This document shows positions 58,355-64,000 of a stretch of DNA of 64,000 nt, in pieces. The stretch is taken from assembly GCA_031256975.1 (NCBI GenBank), contig JAIRPN010000015.1, positions 152,648 through 216,647 of the forward strand. Reading direction: 5' to 3'. The translations under genes were made by a program, and so were the position numbers. This DNA comes from Verrucomicrobiales bacterium. Lineage in GTDB: Bacteria > Verrucomicrobiota > Verrucomicrobiia > Methylacidiphilales > JAAUTS01. Below the pieces are notes generated by a model, which was not told the origin of the DNA, did not search any database, and saw nothing but the letters and a program-made list of their open reading frames with translations. Each line of letters begins with the position of its first letter. The first letter of the stretch is position 1.

Positions 58355-59179
58355 ATGAACAACAAGAACGAATTAGTGGAGTTGCTGATGAACCTGGTGG
58401 AAACAAGCCTGCGCTGCTGCGCCAAATGGCATTACCGCCTCACCGTGCGCGGTGTGGAAAACATTCCGGCGCAGGGCGGGGTGCTGCTGCTGCCAAATCA
58501 TGTCAGCTATGTGGACGCGGTCATCCTGTCATTGGCATCGCCGCGACGGATTCGTTTCGTGTCGGACGAGGCCTTTTTCAACAAACCGGTGCTGGGCTGG
58601 ATCCTGCGTTACTTCGGCGGCATTCCGATTTCCCCGCGCCGCGCGAAGGAAGGCATCCAGGCAACCGCGGCGGCGCTAAGTGCGGGCGAAGTGGTTTGCC
58701 TGTTCCCCGAAGGCAGGTTAACCCTTAACGGTGAGTTGAACGAACTTCGTGCCGGATTCCAGCTAATCGCCAAACATGCGGATTGCCAAAGCGTCGTCGC
58801 CCGCATGGACGGATTGTGGGGCTCGGTCTTTTCCTACTACGGCGGCCGTTTGTTCACCAAGCTGCCGCACCGCTTGGTGCGTCGCGTCACCGTTTCCTTC
58901 TCCGTGCCGCTAACGGCGAACCAAACCAGCATTGACCGGGTAACCAAGGAAATGCACTTGCTGCAAGACCTCGCCCCAAAGACCCGCTTCGTCAAAAAAA
59001 GCTGTGTCAATTTGCTGTTTGCCGCCTGTTCCGCTTTGGCCATTAGCGTTTTCTACACGCTAACCATGAAAGACCCGGCGCAAACCGGCCTGCTTTTCGC
59101 CATCGGCGGACTGCTTACCCTTGCCGTGGTAATGGCATTGAACCGGATCCGCCGTTGCGCGTTGCGGCACCTGTCCTGA
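58355..59179 (+). CDS. lysophospholipid/1-acyl-glycerol-3-phosphate acyltransferase family protein (PlsC-like)
   Basis: NHVSYVDAV (H-x4-D) and FPEGRLT motifs, with C-terminal TM helices. Confidence 0.8.
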   Translation: MNNKNELVELLMNLVETSLRCCAKWHYRLTVRGVENIPAQGGVLLLPNHVSYVDAVILSLASPRRIRFVSDEAFFNKPVLGWILRYFGGIPISPRRAKEGIQATAAALSAGEVVCLFPEGRLTLNGELNELRAGFQLIAKHADCQSVVARMDGLWGSVFSYYGGRLFTKLPHRLVRRVTVSFSVPLTANQTSIDRVTKEMHLLQDLAPKTRFVKKSCVNLLFAACSALAISVFYTLTMKDPAQTGLLFAIGGLLTLAVVMALNRIRRCALRHLS

Positions 59180-59265
59180 TTCCCCGCACCAAAAATACAG
59201 GCGGCAGGCTGACCAGCACCCCAGGAATCAGCTGACCCCATTCATGTTTGACGGAATCCGTTGGG

Positions 59266-59469
59266 TTAAAAATCAAACAAATCCTTAATGGAGATCCTCA
59301 AAGCTTTGGCAATCCGCTCGCAGCCTTCAATTGAAGGGGCATTAATGCCACGTTCTATAAAACTGATAAATTCAACCGAATAATCGGTCTTTTCCGCAAA
59401 ACCCTCCTGCGTAAAACCCCGTTCTTTCCGTAGCATGGCAATGCGTTTCCCCAATCGTTTTTTTATCAC
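59266..59469 (-). CDS. XRE family helix-turn-helix regulator
   Basis: 67 aa. LRKERGFTQEGFAEKTDYSVEFISFIERG HTH_3 pattern. GTG start. Confidence 0.85.
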   Translation of the reverse strand: MIKKRLGKRIAMLRKERGFTQEGFAEKTDYSVEFISFIERGINAPSIEGCERIAKALRISIKDLFDF

Positions 59470-59519
59470 GTAGTTAAACTACGTTTTTTAATTGCCAAGA
59501 CCACGTAGCCAGACTACGT
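59468..59519. promoter_or_regulatory. two operator-like palindromes ACGTAG-N5-CTACGT
   Basis: ACGTAGttaaaCTACGT (59468-84, overlapping the XRE start codon) and ACGTAGccagaCTACGT (59503-19), with centres 35 bp apart. They lie between the XRE gene and the divergent methyltransferase. Confidence 0.6.
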
Positions 59520-59522
59520 TTA

Positions 59523-60581
59523 ATGGCGATTTTTACCAACCGTGAAAAGGAATCAAAAATGAATGGCAACATCCCCTGCTGTCTGTGCGGCAAGTCGGAA
59601 ATTTCATTATTATCGGAACGGGATCGGCACGGAAAGCCGCTAACCACGGTGATTTGCACCGGTTGCGGCTTGGTGCGGCATCATCCGCTGCCAACCCCTG
59701 AAGAAGTGCGGCAGTATTACGAAAAGGATTACCGGCTGGATTACAAAAAGACACTTGCACCAAAACCAAGGCATATTTATCGCGCGGGTTTGGTGGCCGC
59801 GCAGCGGGTGAAGGCAATGAACGCATGGTTATCCGAGGCGCGCCATGTGCTGGATATCGGCGCCGGGGGCGGCGAGCTTTGTTATATGATGCAGGGCGCC
59901 AACCGCCAAGTCACCGGTATTGAGCCAAATCGCGGTTACGCGCTTCACGCGAAAGAAAAGCTGGGGATAAACATGGTCGTCGGTGATTATCAGACTTCTC
60001 CATTAGCGCCCAGTTCATTCGATTTAATCACCATGTTTCATGTGCTGGAACATATTCTGGAACCGTCGAAAATTTTACTCCAAGCCCGTGACTGGCTGAG
60101 ACCGGAAGGTCATTTGATCGTGGAAGTGCCCAATGTCGAGGCCTTGTGCGGATCGCCGAAAAACCGTTTCCATTTCGCCCATATTTATAATTTCAACCTG
60201 GCCACACTTGAGTCGCTCGGACAACGCGCGGGATTTTTCGTCAGAAACAGATATGTCGCCAATGACGGCGGCATTATCCGGGTGGTATTCCAAAAGACCT
60301 CGAAACTTTCGGAATTGGCGCCCGACCTGGGCTCCAATGCGAAAGGAATCGAATCCTTACTGCAAAATCACACGCCGTTGCGGCATTTGTTCAGCCATTA
60401 CCCGTATCTGCGTTTGTGGCGGAAAATCTTGCGCGGTTTTGACGAATGGACGACCGTCAGATCCACCGCTAATGGCGAGACTTTGCTGGGGTCAATCAAG
60501 CAGCAGCTTGAACAAACGGAACGTTTTCTGAACCGGCCCATGTCCGTCATCCGATCGGAACTGAGTCCGACCCGCCAATAA
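59523..60581 (+). CDS. class I SAM-dependent methyltransferase with N-terminal Cys4 zinc-ribbon
   Basis: CCLCG...CTGCG zinc-ribbon, VLDIGAGGGE motif I, and FDLITMFHVLEH. Confidence 0.8.
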   Translation: MAIFTNREKESKMNGNIPCCLCGKSEISLLSERDRHGKPLTTVICTGCGLVRHHPLPTPEEVRQYYEKDYRLDYKKTLAPKPRHIYRAGLVAAQRVKAMNAWLSEARHVLDIGAGGGELCYMMQGANRQVTGIEPNRGYALHAKEKLGINMVVGDYQTSPLAPSSFDLITMFHVLEHILEPSKILLQARDWLRPEGHLIVEVPNVEALCGSPKNRFHFAHIYNFNLATLESLGQRAGFFVRNRYVANDGGIIRVVFQKTSKLSELAPDLGSNAKGIESLLQNHTPLRHLFSHYPYLRLWRKILRGFDEWTTVRSTANGETLLGSIKQQLEQTERFLNRPMSVIRSELSPTRQ

Positions 60582-60619
60582 AAAAGCCGCTAATGACGAG
60601 TTCGTCATTAGCGGCTTTT
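60582..60619. terminator. perfect 18-bp-arm bidirectional terminator built from the CGCTAATGACG motif
   Basis: AAAAGCCGCTAATGACGA-gt-TCGTCATTAGCGGCTTTT, with an A-run and T-run on the two sides. It lies between the convergent methyltransferase and sodA genes. Confidence 0.8.
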
Positions 60620-60638
60620 GGTTGTTAGCTAAAGCTGA

Positions 60639-61250
60639 TTATTTCGCGGCGGCGTAGAGCTTGCCGATTTCGTCCCAGTTGAGAACATTCCAGATCGCCT
60701 TCAAATAATCGGGGCGGCGGTTCTGGTATTTCAAATAGTAGGCATGCTCCCAAACGTCGACACCGAAGACCGGTTTGTGGCCATCCATCAACGGGCTGTC
60801 TTGATTCGGCGAGGAAACCACCGCGAGTTTGCCGCCGCCATCCACGATCAGCCAGGACCAACCGCTGCCGAAACGTCCGGCACCGGCTTTTTCGATGGCT
60901 TCTTTCAAAGCATCGAAGCTGCCAAAAGTGGAGTTGATATCCTCGTCGAGTTTGCCGGTCGGAGCCTTGGCACCACCCGGGGTCAGGGTTTTCCAAAACA
61001 GGCTGTGGTTGGCGTGGCCGCCGCCGTTGTTGCGCACTGCGGTGCGAATCGCTTCCGGCACGGCGCTGAGGTTGGAGATCAAAGCTTCAACCGGCTGTTT
61101 GGCGAGGTCGGCGTTGTTTTCCAAAGCCTTGTTCAGGTTGTTGACATAGGCCGCGTGATGTTTGTCGTGATGGATTTCCATCGTCTGCGCATCGATGTGC
61201 GGTTCCAGCGCGTTAAAAGCGTAGCCAAGGGGAGGTAAAGTATAAGCCAT
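60639..61250 (-). CDS. sodA: superoxide dismutase, Mn-type
   Basis: [13 protein letters not shown] and [18 protein letters not shown] match the Mn-SOD pattern rather than the Fe-SOD pattern. Confidence 0.9.
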   Translation of the reverse strand: MAYTLPPLGYAFNALEPHIDAQTMEIHHDKHHAAYVNNLNKALENNADLAKQPVEALISNLSAVPEAIRTAVRNNGGGHANHSLFWKTLTPGGAKAPTGKLDEDINSTFGSFDALKEAIEKAGAGRFGSGWSWLIVDGGGKLAVVSSPNQDSPLMDGHKPVFGVDVWEHAYYLKYQNRRPDYLKAIWNVLNWDEIGKLYAAAK

Positions 61251-61489
61251 AATTTTCCTTTCGTTGTTGAAGTTTTAAACTAATCCATCAGGCGCACTTC
61301 GCAAGAGTTTAATTAGGAAACCCAGGCCACAAGGCTTCAAAGGTCACAAGATTTAACAAATTCGGCACCGAGAACAAACGTGTAAGAAGCTTATTTCAAG
61401 CTTCAAAACTTCGTGCTTTGACGGCTTCACGACCTGAGTTCCGTTTATTACCTAGCCAATCCCTCCGCTTCGCGCATAATGGATCGTCT

Positions 61490-62311
61490 ATGTCGCAACG
61501 CCTGCTCTACGAATCCCATATGCACACACCCCTGTGCAAGCATGCCGAAGGACTGCCCGGTGAGTATGCGGCGCGGGCGGAACAGCGCGGGCTGAAGGGC
61601 ATCATCGTGACCTGCCATAGCCCGATGCCGGATCATTTTTCCGAGTCGGTACGCATGCGGCCCGATCAATTTAACGAATATCTGGCGCTAATCGCCAAAA
61701 CCGCCGACGAATGGCGCGGGCGTGTCGAGGTGTTGCCGGGCATGGAAAGCGATTATTTCCCCGGCATGGAAAGCTGGCTGGAAAAACTGCACCAACGGGC
61801 GCCGTTCCATTATATCCTCGGCTCGGTGCATCCGCAGATCAAGGAATACGCCGCCAAGTATTTCAACGGCGACTGGCATGAGTTTCACAAAGGATATTAC
61901 AACCAGTTGGCCTTGGCGGCGGAAACCGGCCTGTTCGATTCGCTCGCGCACCCCGACATCGTGAAGAACCAAGGCTCGGAATTCTGGAATGTCGACACGC
62001 TAATGCCGGATATCTGCCGTGCGCTCGACCGTATCGCCAAGGCCGGTATCGCGATGGAACTCAACACCTCGGGTTTGCTGAAAGTCGTGAAGGAAATGAA
62101 TCCCACGCCGGCTATCATCCGCGAAATCCAAAAACGCGGCATCCCGATGACCCTCGGCGCCGACGCACACGAACCGCGCCGCGTCGCTGACAAATACGAG
62201 GAAGGGCTGCGCCTGTTGCAGGATTGCGGATTCAACAAAGTCAGCCTGTTCCTCAACCGCCAGCGTCAGGATATCGCCATTAGCGACGCACTCGCCAGCC
62301 TTCGCCATTAG
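61490..62311 (+). CDS. PHP-family histidinol-phosphatase (HisJ-like)
   Basis: Start at ATG 61490 (MSQRLLYESHMHTPLCKHA). PHP metal-binding H-x-H, and GSVH, with a later GADAH motif. Confidence 0.7.
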   Translation: MSQRLLYESHMHTPLCKHAEGLPGEYAARAEQRGLKGIIVTCHSPMPDHFSESVRMRPDQFNEYLALIAKTADEWRGRVEVLPGMESDYFPGMESWLEKLHQRAPFHYILGSVHPQIKEYAAKYFNGDWHEFHKGYYNQLALAAETGLFDSLAHPDIVKNQGSEFWNVDTLMPDICRALDRIAKAGIAMELNTSGLLKVVKEMNPTPAIIREIQKRGIPMTLGADAHEPRRVADKYEEGLRLLQDCGFNKVSLFLNRQRQDIAISDALASLRH

Positions 62312-62379
62312 CGGCAGCCTTGGTAAAAACGATTTATTATAATTGCAATTATTGATTGTTTTTACATGCTCATAGCTTT

Positions 62380-63378
62380 ATGAGAAAAGTAACCCTATTC
62401 ACCGGACAATGGGCTGACCTTCCGCTGGAAGTGCTCGCGCAAAAAGCAAAAAATTTCGGCTACGACGGACTCGAACTCGCCTGTTGGGGCGACCATTTTG
62501 AAGTTCCCCGCGCTAACAGTGAACCCGGTTACACCGGCGAAAAGCTGGCCCTGCTCAAGGGTTGCGGCATGAACGTCTGGTCGATTTCCAACCACTTGCT
62601 CGGCCAGGCCGTCAGTGACCGCATCGACGAACGCCATAAAGCCATCCTGCCGCCGCATGTTTGGGGCGACGGCAAGCCCGAGGGTGTGAATGAACGCGCC
62701 GCGCAGGAGATGGTCGAGACCGCCAAGGCGGCGAAGAAACTCGGCGTTGGCGTGGTCAACGGTTTCACCGGCAGCCCGATTTGGCATTTGCTGTATTCCT
62801 TCCCACCGGTGCCGCCGCAAATGATTGACGACGGTTTTGCCAAGTTCGCCAAGCAATGGAAATCGATCCTCGACGAATTCCAGAAGTTGGGCGTTAAATT
62901 TGCGTTAGAGGTCCATCCGACCGAAATCGCCTTCGACATCGCCAGCGCCCAACGCGCGCTGGAAGCGTTGGACAACCATCCCGCCTTCGGCTTCAACTAC
63001 GATCCGAGCCACCTCGGTTATCAGGGCGTCGATTACGTCGCCTTCCTGCGCAAGTTCCGCAACCGCATCTTCCACGTCCACATGAAGGACGTGCACTGGT
63101 CAAAAACCCCCACCGAGGCTGGCGTGTTCGGCGGTCACACCAATTTCGGCGACCCGCGCCGCTATTGGGAATTCCGCTCGCTCGGCCGCGGTTCGGTCAA
63201 TTTCGAGGAAATCATCCGCGTGTTGAACGAAATCAATTATCAGGGCCCACTGTCAGTCGAATGGGAAGACATCGGCATGGATCGCGAGCACGGCGCCACC
63301 GAGTCCGCCGCGTTTGTGAAACGGCTCGACTTCGCGCCGTCAAAGGTCGCCTTTGACGCGGCGTTTGAGAAAAAATAA
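62380..63378 (+). CDS. sugar phosphate isomerase/epimerase (xylose isomerase-like TIM barrel)
   Basis: Start at ATG 62380. [14 protein letters not shown]..., [12 protein letters not shown] and SVEWED patterns of the AP_endonuc_2/TIM-barrel family. Confidence 0.8.
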   Translation: MRKVTLFTGQWADLPLEVLAQKAKNFGYDGLELACWGDHFEVPRANSEPGYTGEKLALLKGCGMNVWSISNHLLGQAVSDRIDERHKAILPPHVWGDGKPEGVNERAAQEMVETAKAAKKLGVGVVNGFTGSPIWHLLYSFPPVPPQMIDDGFAKFAKQWKSILDEFQKLGVKFALEVHPTEIAFDIASAQRALEALDNHPAFGFNYDPSHLGYQGVDYVAFLRKFRNRIFHVHMKDVHWSKTPTEAGVFGGHTNFGDPRRYWEFRSLGRGSVNFEEIIRVLNEINYQGPLSVEWEDIGMDREHGATESAAFVKRLDFAPSKVAFDAAFEKK

Positions 63379-63389
63379 TTCACTGCAGG

Positions 63390-63422
63390 CGCTAATGACG
63401 AGATCGTCAACCGTCATTAGCG
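63390..63422 (+). terminator. hairpin from an inverted CGCTAATGACG pair
   Basis: CGCTAATGACG-agatcgtcaac-CGTCATTAGCG, starting 12 nt after the stop of the TIM-barrel gene. Confidence 0.5.
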
Positions 63423-63455
63423 TCCATCCCATTTCAAGCAAACAGGAACACACTT

Positions 63456-64000
63456 ATGTCAAATAACGTATTGAAAATCGGCATGGTTGGCGGCGGTGGC
63501 GGCGCGTTTATCGCCCAGCCGCACCAACGGGCAATCCACATGGACGGCACGCGGCGCGTGGTCGCGGCGGCCCTGAATCCCGATGCCAAGCGCGCCATTA
63601 GCGAGGCAAACGCCTGGCCTTATCCGCTCAAGGGTTATGAATCCTACGACCAGATGTTGTCCGAGCAAAAAAACCTGCCCAAGGAAGAACGGCTCGACTA
63701 CGTATTGATTGTCACCCCAAATTTCGTGCACTTTGACCCGGCATTCAAGGCCGTCGAACTCGGCATCCCCGTCATGTGCGAAAAACCCCTGTGCATGACC
63801 CTGGAGGAAGCCGACAAACTGGTCGCCGCCGTTAGCGCCAAAAAAGTGCCTTTCGCCGTCGCGCACACCTACCTCGGCCACTGGACCACCTTGTTCAGCC
63901 GGCACATCATCCGCAGCGGCCTGCTCGGCGACATCCGCTGGGTGGATTCCTCCTACATCCAGGGCTGGCTCGCCACCAAGTTGGAGGACTCCGACAACCA
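63456..64000 (+). CDS. Gfo/Idh/MocA family oxidoreductase, 3'-truncated by window edge
   Basis: Not in the ORF track because no stop is reached. ATG at 63456 gives MSNNVLKIGMVGGGGGAFIAQPH... with a Rossmann motif and a later CEKPL motif. The frame is open to base 64000. Confidence 0.8.
   Translation, partial: MSNNVLKIGMVGGGGGAFIAQPHQRAIHMDGTRRVVAAALNPDAKRAISEANAWPYPLKGYESYDQMLSEQKNLPKEERLDYVLIVTPNFVHFDPAFKAVELGIPVMCEKPLCMTLEEADKLVAAVSAKKVPFAVAHTYLGHWTTLFSRHIIRSGLLGDIRWVDSSYIQGWLATKLEDSDN

Noticed and set aside
59266-60581. Restriction-modification or toxin-antitoxin reading of the XRE plus methyltransferase pair
   Set aside because: There is no endonuclease or toxin ORF. The methyltransferase has the small-molecule/protein class I pattern (Methyltransf_11/23-like) and shows no DNA-MTase motifs such as DPPY/NPPY or the C5 PCQ.

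Overview
This 64-kb chromosomal window comes from a GC-rich Gram-negative bacterium. Gene content (DUF1080 plus Tat-signal Gfo/Idh/MocA pairs, a GxxExxY cassette, FabV, short EF-Ts, LPS heptosyltransferases) suggests a PVC/Verrucomicrobiota-like lineage, but that is inference only. I support about 60 protein genes and see no rRNA, tRNA, CRISPR array, transposase or integrase. Housekeeping genes include prs, class I fumarase, tsf-rpsB, lpxK, fabV, adk, rmuC, mutM, purM-purH, gnd-gntK and sodA. A visibly AT-richer island of about 13 kb (24.9-38.1 kb) encodes LPS/glycan enzymes (GT2, GT8, GT9, GT25, FkbM, sulfotransferase) and is bracketed by two MsbA-like ABC exporters and rfbB. The main hunt results are as follows. 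(1) A divergent four-gene module at 46979-49920: two translationally coupled paralogous unknowns (one ending in an SSB-type acidic tip ...DDEIPF), a UDG-fold-like protein and an HTH-WYL-WCX regulator. A 213-nt element made of three consecutive perfect or near-perfect hairpin domains follows immediately. (2) A hyper-abundant oligomer, RTTAGCG/CGCTAAY, with extended core G[CT]CATTAGCG. It occurs in several reading frames, forms inverted pairs in intergenic terminators, and is depleted from compositionally atypical segments, so it behaves like a DNA-uptake-sequence. (3) Two promoterless single-gene cassettes share about 32-bp inverted-repeat arms and sit directly after the stop codons of tpl and purM. 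(4) A translationally coupled TupA-like ATP-grasp plus Mur-ligase pair resembles a split cyanophycin-synthetase-like logic. (5) Unrelated glycan enzymes share C-terminal tail peptides. All counts are hand counts from reading the sequence and are approximate.
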